This document shows positions 27,223 through 40,215 of a DNA stretch of 64,000 bases, in pieces (position 1 is the stretch's first letter; the number at the start of each line of letters is the position of its first letter). The stretch is from the human T2T-CHM13v2.0 reference genome, Homo sapiens. A program made the position numbers and the translations under genes. The notes under the pieces were generated by a model, which saw only the letters and a list, made by a program, of their open reading frames with translations, did not search any database and was not told the origin of the DNA. The stretch is from positions 26,400,001-26,464,000 of the forward strand of contig CP068257.2 of NCBI GenBank assembly GCA_009914755.4, given 5' to 3'.

Positions 27223-30200
27223 GTTTGCATCCCTTGTATAACATTTAATGTAGTATCTTGGATTATAATTTCTTTAGTGCCTCTCACCCCCAGTAAATTG
27301 TAATCCACTTAAAGAAATGAGTCTTAAATTTAATTTTACTACTTGAAGTTTTTAGAAAAATAGCTTGTCCATAGTTGGAAATTAATCAATGTTTCTAAGG
27401 CATTATAAAAATGTTATGATGCTATACCAATCATGTGGTACTCATCTTCTCTCTTTACTCAAGATTTGCTTTCTCTGAAGAAAGCGGAATTGTGAACAGG
27501 TGTTGAAGGCACACATCATGAGATATTGTGGAGCAAAAGAGCACACATAAATATTGATGTTTATCCCATGTATTTATGGTTTGGGGGTTGAGAGAACTAT
27601 GTTGATGTCAGAATCAACAGAGTTGGTGTTAAAGGGCAATTCCTTTCTATTTTCAGGCAATCTACACATCATGGTTAGTAGGTTTCTAAATAAACGTCAA
27701 GCTTGGATGTTTTGTAAAATATTAGTTTCAGTACAGTACTGTTACATGATGTTACATCAAAGATTTTGCATAGGTATCCATCTAGTTGCTCTACAGTGAA
27801 TAATTGGGTGGGGGAGAACATTGTGGATGTTCTAATTACTGCACTTCATGTGTTTGCTGTATTTAGAAATTTGAATATTTCCAGTAAGTAAGCCAGGTAT
27901 TCTGGATTTAAGTAAATACAACTTCAGCTTTAGTAGTTGTCATTGTATTTCCTCTGACAGTTTACTGTGTTTCTTTCTCTCTTTTAAAACTTCCTCTTCT
28001 ACTTTAAGTACTTTATCCATTCTGTTTCTAGGACTTGTCATCCTCTGCTCATTCTCCACATCATTATGTTCTTTTACTAAGAAATTTTATTTCCAATCTC
28101 ATTTCTTTTTACCCCAGATAATTTTTTTCCTAATAATTTTTTTTCTAGTTTTGATTTCAGCTGCCAAAGATTTGATCCAAAATGGTTCTCTTATTCTCAG
28201 TGGTATTCGGATTCCTTCATTGAATTTGCCTGCACTGGAAACTAAACCAGTCAGAAGAACCCTTTGGTGGGACTTTGGTTCTGGATTTCATTCAGGGACC
28301 ACAGAGCTGCTCTTGAACTCAAGCGTTCTCAAGAAGACACTTCAGTGCTCTGCTAGTAAAAACTGTGTATCCATGCAAGTTCAGACTCATTACATAAGCA
28401 TTCCAATTTTTTTTGTCACAAAGAAAATCGTGCACATCTGCTATTTAAATAGTCTCTGGCTAAAAAAGTTGTTGCTTCTATATAAGAAAGCATAGCTTAG
28501 ATATACATTACAGTGTTTCTTATTGTCATCCAACACACACACATTCTGTTTGCTTAATCCATTGCAGTCTCCTTCTCTGCCCCTTTTTACCCAAAGTTCC
28601 TTTCTTGGAGTGAGATGAGGGAATGAAGGAAGGTTTAGATTTAAATAAACAGACTGTAGGGGTTTCCTGAGGCTATCACATGGTGGATGCCTCTGCTATA
28701 AAACTTTGTCTTAATAAATAACATTATATTCACATGAATATTGAGTTAAATTGATTCATTTTGTGTGTCCTTTTAAAGATTGACTTTGGAAGTCTCCCTT
28801 TTTAGGAGATTTTAGAATTGTGTTGGAGAAATTGGAATTTCATTAACAACATATAGTCAATGCAGGTAGCTGTTTCAGGTGCTTCCTCAAAGCAAGGATG
28901 ACCCAGGAGAGATACAATCATCTTAGTGTGCTTTATGTGATTCATATGAAATTCAACCCTTTTGGAGTTTCAGTTCTTAGCAAAATACCACTTCCTGTTT
29001 TTGAGGAAAAAAATGGCATAAGAAGTCATATAAAAAGACTCATAAGGCCCTTGGACATCAAATAACTCTTACAAAACAATATTTTAATGAATTAAGTGTA
29101 AATGAATCAGAAACATGTGGGTTGAATTTCCCTTGAAATACCCATGGGCTTAAAAATTAAGGGGAAAAAAAAAAAAGAATTGCTTGGCAAAAAATCATGT
29201 TCATTTTATCGAGCTCAAGCCTTTTGATAAAAAAAAAGAAAAAGGAAGCAGCCTTGATTTGGTTGACTGAATTAAAAATTTAAAAAAAAAACACGACCAT
29301 AGTCTTTATTTGTATTTTTAAATTCTGCAAAAGCCAGGTTGCAGATATAATTATGTGTCTATTTGGGTGTCAGATTCATTAATGTTAGACCATTTTTCAA
29401 GGACGGTAACATTTTGATTAACCAGAATTCTCAAGTAATGGTTGTCTTTCCCAGGGCAGAAGTGGCAGCCAGAAGGAGAACTAAAGACTGTAGTTCAAAT
29501 AAAGTTCATTAGAGCAGAAGTAAAGAAAACATGGTAATCATTCAGTTCACTAACCAAGAAGATCCAAAATCCAAAGGAGTAGTGGGCCCGGTTAGCTAAC
29601 CACTGAACAAAAGTCTAGAAAAACAGTCATGCAAGGGCTGGAGCTCAGAAGATAAGGAAAGCTAAAAATAAGTGGAAAAATCTGTGTACTGAGGGAAAGA
29701 TCTGGGATAAAAGAAAATGCTGACAAAAGAAAAATAAAAATTGCAAAGACTGAAAAACTTCGAGTGGCAACTAGAAATGGCCAAAGTACAGCAGGGCAGA
29801 GGGGTTGGAAAACTTCTAGAGATAGGAAAAGCCGGGCAGATATGAATATTCAATGCCGTATTGTGAACACAGATGTTAATATGAGTAAAAAATGTGAGTT
29901 GTTGGCTCTGCCAACTTCGTCATAGAAGCCATGCTACTCACTGCACCTGTAATGTGCTTAGGTTAGGGTGTCTTAAAATACCTATGGATGCACGCAAGAT
30001 TATTTATGACTCATTTGCAGAGACATGTTTATATTCAGATTTATTCAGGTTTTGGTGGAGTGAAGAATTTGAATTTAGAGAGTCTAGGAGACCTAGTTTT
30101 CTGATAGGGAAAAAGCTGCAATTGGAAGAGAGAGTAAAGATGTTACATAGTAAAGAGAAGTTTGGGAGTCACCCTTCTCCAGCTTAGGGTAGCTCAGCTT

Positions 30201-33200
30201 CCCTCTGTAGGTGAGAACCTGTAGGTCAACCAACATAATGTTTAGTTCTTTCAGAAATATTTGTCCTGAACTCTTATATTAATAAACAGCTTGTTTTGTA
30301 AAGCAGAGATAGGTTAAAGTCTTTAAAAATTATTTTTATTTCCAGGAAACTCTAGTAAATGATAATAATTTGTTGATATAAATGTTACCTATTGATGACA
30401 CCTATACACAAAGAAAGTATTCAAATTGTATAGAAAACATATCTATTGAGAAAGTTAATCTTTTTATTTAAATAGTATTTGTTTAAGCATAGATTTTAGT
30501 TAAAAGCCAAAAGTATAGCTTTTACTAGCAATTGTGCCATGATACTGTCTACCACCAGTAACAACCCTTCACCCTAAAAAATAATTTTAAAGAGAAAAAA
30601 CCGGTAAAGCAATAACAGAAGTGGGCATACATTTTGGGGATAGTAAACTATATTTTGTCTTTCTAGTTTGTTAATTTAAAATAAAAATAACAGGAAAAGA
30701 CAAAACTGAAATAAAGAATACATTTGCATATGATACAAACTCGTAGAAAACTTGAGTGCCAAGACACAGCTGATGATATTAAAAAGGGAATGATGTGGAA
30801 CTCAGATCTAGTCATTGAGTCATAATTAACACTCTTAAATACAGATTTTGCCTTTGCCCAGAAAAGCAGGCAGTTTTTTAGTCTTTTTTTATTTTTCCAC
30901 TTATGTTAAAGAGGTAATGGGAAGAGGTAGGGGAGGGTTATTTCAGGAATTTTTTAAGATTATATCAAGTTTTATCAGTAGACAGCCAGTTCGCTGTCAT
31001 CCACCTGAGAGAATCATGGTCTAGTATTCCCACTCAGTGATTTTATTTTTCTGTGATCATTACCTTCAGCTATGTTCCATCAATCTTCCTTTCTTAACCT
31101 TCAGTGCCATTTGAGCAGAATCCAAAATGTTTTGGCACTTTTAATTACTAAAATCTATACCTTTTAAATTTTAATGTAAACTCAATGTAAAAATCAACTT
31201 CTCCTTTTACACCAGCCTGGATTTGAGCTGAAGCTCAAATGGTCACAGAAGGCTGCTGAAGTTGTCTTAAGCAAGGTCTGGCTCAGAGCTGTCTCTTCCT
31301 TGCCTTCTTCTGGGAGTAGCTCCTCCAGTGTGCTGGAGTGGAAGAAACGTGAGCCTACAGACTGAGTGTCTTGGCTTAACTGTTCTTATGATCCTCTCTC
31401 TTACTGCCATTACTTCTCTCTCTAACACTGACTGGCCTTTGATAAACTCCAGGTCACCATGAGGTGGCAAATTTTCACATGCTGGTGAAAGAGCCTAGCA
31501 AGTGACTGAAGCTTAAAGGCTACTTTAATCACCTCCTGAAAGCTCTGGTAGAATGCCCCGGTTGCTAAAACTGTAACCTTTATGTGAGGGATAACCTCTT
31601 TGGGATTGTTATTTTTCTATAAACTTGAGATAGGCTTATATTTATTTAAGAATACTTTCATGCAGTTATATTACCCAGTACCCATCTCTCTTTGCTTAAA
31701 TCTTTCATACTAAGATTTATACCAGCTTTTAAAGTTCAAGATAGAATCTAAATAATTTGATGAGTCTCGCCATTCAGGATTAGCCCACGGAGCTATCTCA
31801 CCTATTTCACAATATGTTCTTGTGCTCTTTTTGAATTCTATTTTATTTATAATTGCATAAAACTGTAGGTGAATGACCCTGGATGTCATCACAGCAGCTT
31901 GGACAATGTTATCAGTAAATATGCAATATGTGTGCACTCACATGAGTGTGTACACATCTGAGTGTGTATGTATGTATGTGGGGGGGCTTATATTGGAGAT
32001 ATGGCAAGGAGAGGAGGAGTAACAAACCAAGGCAAAATGAAATTATGCTGTGTAGTCATTTCATATCAGCACACCATTCACTATCTTTATCCAAAATTGC
32101 CTTTCGAAAAATTAAGTCTATTTAATATACTGGGAAGGGGACTTAATGAGTTGTTGTATGCAAATTCCTGATTATTTTCCCTCTACCATCAGCAACAGTT
32201 CAACAAAGTGCATCTCATCTTACTCTTAGGGTTGTTTAAGAACTTGATCCCTGGGAACACCTGTTAGTAGCATGGCTTAAAATTCTCTGTGTTGTTTTCT
32301 CCCCCTTTGGAAGCTGTTTCACCCAGCTGCTGATAATTAGAAAAACAAAGCAAATCCCTCTCATGGATGCTGTCCTCTGGCGAAAGCCAAGCAGCATAAA
32401 GCCAAAGAACACCGTAAGCCTTTTTGTTTTAAACGAGGAGGCACGCTGCACTATATTCCTCTTGACTGCAAAACCACAGGAATGGATTAATATCACTAAC
32501 CACAAGAGACCTTTGTGTACGAATGTGGGGGGAGGGCATGAGAAGAATATTAATCTGTGATGTATGACCTTATAGTTTCTGCAAAAAGTTAAAAGCTGCA
32601 TGTATTTGAATCAACGCATGATAAATGTATCAGCCATATAAGATGAATAATATGGCTAAATACCAAGAGCTGAGCTCTTTCCCAGAATTAACTATTTTTA
32701 ACTCAGGAGGCTTTTCAAATATTATGCAGAGATGGACATCCAGTAAATAGAGCAGAATTAAATAAGAATTCAAAAGCAAAGCAAAACTCTAGCACCAGAT
32801 AAGCCCCTTCAATTAATCCTTATCTTTTAATATATTACATATACAATACATGTATGTCTGTAATATATTCAGTGATATGTATATATGACACTTAGTGAAT
32901 AATTAAGAAAAACATTAAAATTGATATTTTATTGTGTTTAAATACAAGATGAACTGTAGAAGCAAAATGATAATTTATGTGTCCTACATACTTTTAAAAG
33001 AAATAAATCAAGGTGCATTTTAGTAATTTAACATGCTTATAATACTTTCCTTTGTTAGTTGAAATAAGAATTTTTTGAACATCTAAAATATGCAAAGCAT
33101 TTTAGTAGGTACTACGGATACTAAAGAAAAAAATAAAATGGAAGAGAAGCATATTTGTGAATATTTCTCAATAGTCTGGGATTCAAGATCTTATTCCAAG

Positions 33201-33726
33201 TTGCATTTCAAATCTTATTACTCTTCTACCTGTGTGACCCTCTCCCAGTACAACTGTTTAAAGATTCTAAAGTGAATCCTAGATCTTCAGCAAAATATAT
33301 GTCCTTTGTATATAATACCTCCCTCCATCTTTAACTGTCAAAATTCTGCAGTCTTCAAGATGTGATAAAACTCACTGGTAGATTATTGCAGGTGGTCATC
33401 ATGGTGGCAATTAGGGTCTAATCTAGGGTGATGAAAATTGAGGTAAAAATTAAGAAATAGATTCAATAGATTCTACTATATTGAAAAATGTAAGAGGTAG
33501 ACATTAGTTATCCGTGAGTAATGAAGGGAAATCAGGTGTTTGTGATGATGAAGATTTCAAATCTGGGTGACTAAAGAAGATTAATGCCGTGAATACAAAT
33601 AGGGATGTCAAAAATACGGGTTCAGTGTGTGAGACAAAGGTGATCAGTTTAGTTATTTTAAATGTAAAATGTCTATGGGACATCCTGGAAATATCATAAA
33701 AACATATAAAAATTAGAAGAACTTTA

Positions 33727-34060
<334 letters not shown>

Positions 34061-34306
34061 TTAGAGCTGAGCTATAACTAAGCTTTATGGTGCATGGTGC
34101 AAATGCATCCTGCTGGAAAGCAATGCTTGAAATTATGAGACTCTGGAGGCCAACAAGAAAAAAACATTGATAAACATTTATCTCTAGAGAACAAGAAAAG
34201 GTTGAGGAGCAAGCAACCAAGGGACTCAAAAGAAAAACTTTCTTATATTGAAGAGACTAGGAAAAGAGTATCAACAGCCACAGAGTTCAATAATGTTATT
34301 TACTGG

Positions 34307-34789
34307 CAGTCTCCAACCCTTTTGGCACCAGGGACCAGTTTCATGGAAGACAATTTCCCACAGATCAGGGTGGAGGGTGGTTTGTGGATGATTCAAGTGC
34401 ATTACATTTGTTGTGCAGTTTATTTCTATTATGATTACATTATAATATAGAATTAAATAATTATACAACTCATCATAATGTAGAATCAGTGGGAGCCCTG
34501 TACTTGTTTTTCCGCAACTAGAAGGTCCCATGTGGGGGTGATGGGAGACAGTGACAAATCAACAGGTATTAGATTTTCATAAAGAGTGCCCAAGTTAGAT
34601 CCCTTGCATGCACAGCATAGGGTTCACGCTCCTATGAGACTCTAATGCTGATGCTGATCTGATAGGAGGTGGAGCTCAGGCAGTAATTTGAGTGATGGAA
34701 AGTGGCTGTAAATATGCTGAAGCTTCAATATTAGGAAGCAGCCGGGTTCCTAACGGTTCAGTCCATGGCCCCAGGACTGGAGACCCCTG
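34307..34789. mobile_element. MER1-type hAT-Charlie nonautonomous DNA transposon (MITE), with a ~180-bp AT-rich internal block not in the consensus I recall
   Basis: The termini are inverted: cagtctccaacccttttggcaccagggaccagtttcatggaagacaattt at the start and ggttcctaacggttcagtccatggccccaggactggagacccctg at the end. The internal segment ..attagattttcataaagagtgcccaagttagatcccttgcatgcacagcatagggttcacgctcctatgagactctaatgctgatgctgatctgataggaggtggagctcaggcagtaat.. matches MER1A/B. Confidence 0.75.
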
Positions 34790-34946
34790 TTGTATATGAC
34801 AGGTGTCCAGGAATAAAAATAACTAATAGAAGATCACCACTCAGTGGAAACTGGTCAACTTTAAGGAAGCAAGTTGTAAAGAGTTAGCTGCAAAAGAAGT
34901 CATAGTGCTTGGATTTGAGAATGAAAATAGCGAGCAAGTCAGGAAT

Positions 34947-36030
34947 TGTTGCGGGAAGTCAGGGACCCCGAACGAAGGGACCAGCTGAAGCCATGGCAGA
35001 AAAACATAAATTGTGAAGATTTCATGGATATTTATTAGTTCCCCAGATTAATACTTTTATAATTTTTTATGCCTGTCTTTACTGCAATCTCTGAACATAA
35101 ATTGTGAAGATTTCATGGACATATATCACTTCCCCAGTCAATACTCTTATAATTTCCTATGCCTGTCTTTACTTTAATCTCTTAATCCTGTCATCTTTGT
35201 AAACTGAGGATGTATGTAGCCTCAGGATCCTGTGATGATTGCATTATCTGCACAAATTGTTTGTAGAGCATGTGTGTTTGAACAATATGAAATCTGGGCA
35301 TCCAAAAGGAACAGGATGGCTGCGATTTTCAGGGAACAAAGGAGATAACCATTGGGCCTGACTGCCTGTGGGGCCAGACAAAACAGAGTCATATTTCTCT
35401 TCTTACAAAAGTGAATAGGGAGAAATTTCGCTGAATTCTTTTTCTCAGCAAGGAAGAGCCCTGAGAAAGGAATGCATTCCCAGGGATAGGTCTCTAAAAT
35501 GGCCACTCTGGGAATGTGTGTCTTATACAGTTGTAGGTATGGGATGAAATTAGCCCTGGTCTCCCGTAGCACCCCCAGGCCTACTAGGATTAGAAAATTC
35601 CTGCCTAGTAAATTTTAGTCAGACTGGTTGTCTGTTCTCAAACCCTGTCTCCTGATAAGATGTTATCAACAATAATGCGTGCCCCGTGGGACATGACACT
35701 TCATCAGCATTTCTAATTTCGCCCTAGTCCAGTGATCTCGCTCTGCCCCCATTTGCCTTGTGATATTTTATTGCCCTTGAAGCTTGTGATCTCTGTGACC
35801 CACACCCTATTTGTACACCCCTCCCCTTTTGAAATCCATAATAAAAACTTGCTGGTTTTGTGGCTCAGGAGGCATCACATAACCTGCCGACATGTGATGT
35901 CTCCCCTGGACACCCAGCTTTAAGATTTCTCTCTTTTGTACTCTTTCCCTTTATTTCCCACACCGGCCGATACTTAAAGAAAATAGAAAAGAACCTACGT
36001 TGAAATACTGGGGGCTAGTTCCCCTGATAT
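34947..36030 (+). mobile_element. Solo ERV LTR, ~1.1 kb. It looks like LTR12 (ERV9) from memory; the family is unverified. It carries an internal ~90-bp tandem duplication.
   Basis: Starts TGTTGCGGGAAGTCAGGGACCCCGAACGAAGGGACCAGCTGAAGCCATGGCAGAA. It contains the conserved blocks gaagatttcatggacat.tat.a.ttccccag..aatac.cttataatttcctatgcctgtctttactttaatctcttaatcctgtcatctttgtaaactgaggatgta, then ..cccttgaagcttgtgatctctgtgacccacaccctatttgtacacccctcccctttt and gaaatccataataaaaacttgctggtttt, then ..gacacccagctttaagatttctctcttttgtactctttccctttatttcccacaccggccgatacttaaagaaaatagaaaagaacctacgttgaaatactgggggctagttcccctgata. The tandem duplication is visible directly: units at 35006-35095 and 35096-35190. 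Confidence 0.6.
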
Positions 36031-36589
36031 CGAATAATACTTTATTCCTTGGGGTTTGAAAGTGAAAGATACTCAACAGAGATTTTCATAGCTTAAGGGG
36101 GACTGAATGAGATAGAAAATGTGATCCTTGTTACCTAAATATTTCCATTCCTAAAATTATGTTTGATAGTGAGTTTTCATACAGCACCAGCTCATATTCC
36201 ATTTTTTTAATTTGGGGAAAAAATAACACCACCTTCTAATCCATACTCCCAATAACACAAAACATACTTCAACACCAGAAACAATCTAGCAAAAATTTGT
36301 GTAATACAATGTAACTAAGTGCCAATAAACTAATAATTTAACATGTAATGAACTCATTAGCAGGTATGTTTCAGTGTGATAGAAAAATACTATAGAATAA
36401 TGGATATTGGATATATTTACCTCCATGCTGTAAAAACACATATTAAGATGTAAATAAAAATACAATAATCTGTTAAAGATATGTCTGGGTTGGACCCTTA
36501 TTGAGGTACATTTCAACCATCATTTTTCCAGAAAGCTCTATCATTATTCAACCTCTTTTCCCCAGAAAGAAAGAATGAGTAACTCAGAG

Positions 36590-36896
36590 GATTTTTGTTT
36601 GCTTGTTTTTGTTTTGAGATGGAGTCTCACTCTGCCACCCAGGCTAGAGTCCAGTGACACAATTTCAGCTCACTGCAACATTCCTCTCCCAGGTTCAACT
36701 GATTCTCCTGCCTTAGCCTCCTGAGTAGCTGGGATTACAGCCATGTAGCACCAAGCCCAGCTAATTTTTGTATTTTTAGCAGAGATGGGATTTCACCGTG
36801 GTTGCCAGGCTGGTCTCAAACTCCTGACCTCAATTGATCTGCCCACCTCGGCCTCCTAAAGTGCTGGGATTACAGACGTGAGCCATCATGCCTAGC
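36590..36896 (-). mobile_element. Full-length Alu (older, AluJ/S-like), diverged
   Basis: A T-rich tail is followed by gagatggagtctcactctgccacccaggctagagtccagtgacacaatttcagctcactgcaacattcctctcccaggttcaactgattctcctgccttagcctcctgagtagctgggattacagccatgtagcaccaagcccagctaatttttgtatttttagcagagatgggatttcaccgtggttgccaggctggtctcaaactcctgacctcaattgatctgcccacctcggcctcctaaagtgctgggattacagacgtgagccatcatgcctagc. A TSD aactcagag lies at 36581-36589 and 36898-36906. Confidence 0.85.
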
Positions 36897-37019
36897 TAAC
36901 TCAGAGTTATTGATGTTAAAAAGAAAATAATAGTAATACTTGATTGCCTACATTTCACCAGGTACTGTTATACCATATCTTGTGTCTTCTAACAACTCCA
37001 TGACATAAGTAACATATCA

Positions 37020-37150
37020 TTAGCCTCATTTTAAAGATGAGGAACTTAAGACTCACAGTTTAAGTGGCAAAATTGTCCAAAGTCACATAGTTAATATATA
37101 AGAAAACCTAGATTTGAATTCTCGTATTCTGAGATGAAGGCCTCTTCACG
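37020..37150 (-). mobile_element. MIR (ancient SINE) fragment
   Basis: ..cctcattttaaagatgaggaacttaagactcacagtttaagtggcaaaattgtccaaagtcacatagttaat.. is the reverse complement of the MIR core (tttacagatgaggaaactgaggctcagagaggttaagtaacttgcccaaggtcacacagctagtaa). Confidence 0.45.
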
Positions 37151-39557
37151 TAACCCTTGGAATCCCTAACTAGTGGAGGAGGAGAGTCACCTTCTATTTG
37201 AGTAAGCCTGTCCTTTCAAAGGAGAATTAAATGTGATAACACACACCTGGCTCTACCTAGTTAGAAGACCAACCTCTGATACAGGAGCATTAGCCTCTAA
37301 AGTAAGCATGCAGTTAGAGGGGGGATGAGATGGTATTCCCTGAGACTTCCTACTGGCAAGCTGGCAAACTTGATGCCATGAGGGAACTGTCTGTAACATT
37401 TTGCCCAAGGTGGAAAGTTCAGTCAAGTGTATGTTTCTTAATGTTTTTAAAGTATTTGCTTAAATACTGGTTGTAGGGAGTAGAAAAAAAAGGACTAGAA
37501 GGCAGTGTACTCTGGAATTTTCCTAATGTGATGGAGGCTATAAAGAGAAGTTAGAGTTTATTTTGAATCCATGTGGTCAGAGAAGACCTCATAATCTGAT
37601 CTCTTGTCTAGTTTGGATGTGTCAACTCCCCACAGATGGTGGGGAGCGTGTTTGGATCCTGATAAGTCAGTTGCTGCTGTAGTGTGGACTACCCAAGTCA
37701 AAATCAAATCTTATCCATGTCTAAAGCAAATATTGGAACAAGATGAAAGAATTTGTGCACCTATAAAGATCACAGACATGACAATGTGACCCTAGAATAA
37801 GATATCATAAAAGAAGCCTTCTACAGTAGGAATAATATAAATAAAGGAGATTAAGTGTTTACAATAGTTCTTTGAGGGAGAGAAATGATCCTCTTGTTGG
37901 CACTGCATTAAACTGATTTTAATCACTGTAATAGGGGACATAGATAGATGCTTTATGAAAGGAAAATTCTATAATAGAACACTTAGGAGGAAAAATATTT
38001 TTTTCTGTGTGACTAGAAGGTCTCAGAAGAATCAAGTAATATGTTGTGTGGATGCTGGGTAATTGCTGTTTGATGAAAGAAAAGTTGGGGGTGGGGAAGG
38101 AGATGTTCTAAAGAAGAGCTGTAAAATCCAACCAGTTCAATTTGCTGCAAAATTGCTTCCTGTTATAAAGTACCAAAATTCAAAAAGGATACAGTTTGGT
38201 CTAGGGAAATCACACAAAACAAATATCTAAAATCCTTAAAAATTGCATTAGCCCTACACCACAACGAAAATAAAACACTGAGTCAGTGAGAAAATAAATC
38301 TACTTCTTATATTATTACTTTTCTTCTTGAAATTTGGCAAAATATACTGACAGTGTATTATTACCTCAAAGTATTCCTCAAAGTATTCTGTTTTTTAAAA
38401 TGTTTTCCTTTTAAAAAAATCAAAGTTACATTTTGTCAAATGAGTGTTATATAAGAAATATGAAGCGATATGGCTATAAGAGGAATACAAATTTTATTTT
38501 CACATCCAGATTCTAAGTTTGTAAAGAAATACTTGTACCATTTTTCTCTAATATTCAAGCAACTAACTTGCTACCCACTAACCTTGCAAAGATTAGTTAG
38601 CTGCTTCTGTGTAAGTAATGCAAATTTAAAGCATTAGCTCTAGGCAAATTAATGAATAGGTCTATCTGGCCAGAATCATAGACAGAAAAATCCTCATAAT
38701 GATTAAAAAGAAAAGACTAAAAAAGAAGAGGAAAAGTAGAAGATGAATTAGATACAAAAGAATATTATATTACTGGCTTAGTCACTTATTCTAAAACCTA
38801 CCCCTTCCATATGGAATATTGTACCAGGGCACCTGAATCAGATGTGCATAGACTCTGACACTATCTTGTCTTCACTTCACCAATGGAGTTCATTATGTGA
38901 GATTTGTAGTCCAAAACAACTCTCAGAAGCAAATCTTCGAAATATGCAAGAATTTGGTTTGGAATGAGTTAATTTCCATGCTTTGGCTAAAGTAGCAGAA
39001 CAAGAAATGATAGGCATAGTACAGAGAATGGAGAAATTAAGCTCATTCCAGAAAGCAGCAAGCTCTACTAGAAAGAAAACTGAGAGGGTACGAACTTCTT
39101 ATTTTAGGCTATCAATCGACACAGCAGGGCATTTTCACCTAATTTTATGGATTAAGGATTTGAAAATGAAAGCACGCTGAAGGGCTAGTTCTAAGAGGCA
39201 AAAAGGTTCAGTTTGCCCTGGATCCCGAATGGGTCAAAAGTTTTTATAGTTCAAGTAGATTCCAATAATCTGTTTTACTGTTTTAGGAAATAAAAATTAA
39301 TTGTAAGAAATACATTTAGTAAGACCTCCAAATGTTTCCAATTACATGAGATATTACATTTAAACATTATGCATAAATACAAAGGATGAAAACCATGTAT
39401 TGGTTCATTTTAGAATCTCTGTCATCCTATTTAGGAACGAGAAGGGAGAAGGATGGTTCTTTGGCCATCTAGTAGGGCCATCTACTGTGACCACCAATAT
39501 GGACTCATAATCTCGGAATAATACAATGCATTACCTTTAGTAAGAAACAGAAATCTT

Positions 39558-39650
39558 GGGACGCTGAGGCAGGAGGATTGGTTGGACCCAGGGGTTCAAG
39601 AGCAGTCTGGGCAACATAGTGAGACCCTACCTCTACAAAAACAGAAAAAG
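39558..39650 (+). mobile_element. Short Alu-related fragment (monomer-like: FLAM/FRAM-type or a truncated Alu)
   Basis: gggacgctgaggcaggaggattggttggacccaggggttcaagagcagtctgggcaacatagtgagaccctacctctacaaaaacagaaaaag. Confidence 0.5.
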
Positions 39651-40059
39651 AAAATCATCAGAAAATTAGAGGTAAATCTTCCAGGAGAAAAGAAAACTAA
39701 TACTCAGCAGTGTCTTTACAGCAATCTAAATAGAAAGTTGATGCAAACCAGATTAAAATGACAGAAAATTATGTTGGGGGAAGAGGCCAGGCAAATGGGG
39801 ATTTGCTTCCATTAAATATTTAAGGAATTAGTAACATTATTTTAAACACAGCAGACCAGCAGGTACCCTAGAACAGTATCAACCTAGAAATGGGCTGGAA
39901 AAGTCTTGAGAGCAAACTCATTTTCTTACTAACTTGTTTACTTAAGAATGAGAATGGAGGAAGGGCCCTGAGCTATGTTTGTAACGTATTTGTTTTTCAA
40001 TATTAACTTAAATTCATTTTAGTAGATGTTTATAATTGATTTTTCAGTAGGTTTCTGTC

Positions 40060-40215
40060 ATACCAGTAAATATATGTATATATGTGTGTATTTGTGTATA
40101 AATATACACATATATATACACATATATAGTATATAGATGTATATATATACGTATATATACATGTATACATATATACATATATATACATATATACACACAC
40201 ACATATATATATAGT
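40060..40215. repeat. Low-complexity (TA)/(TACA)/(TGTA)-rich simple-repeat block
   Basis: The two overlapping minus-strand track ORFs at 40030-40257 that encode (Y,I,C,V,T)-rich peptides are artefacts of this block. Confidence 0.85.

Noticed and set aside
28151-28495. 114-aa plus-strand ORF in non-repeat sequence
   Set aside because: It has no recognisable domain or motif, no splice-site or Kozak context that I can support, and average AT-rich composition. ORFs of this length are expected by chance in 64 kb.
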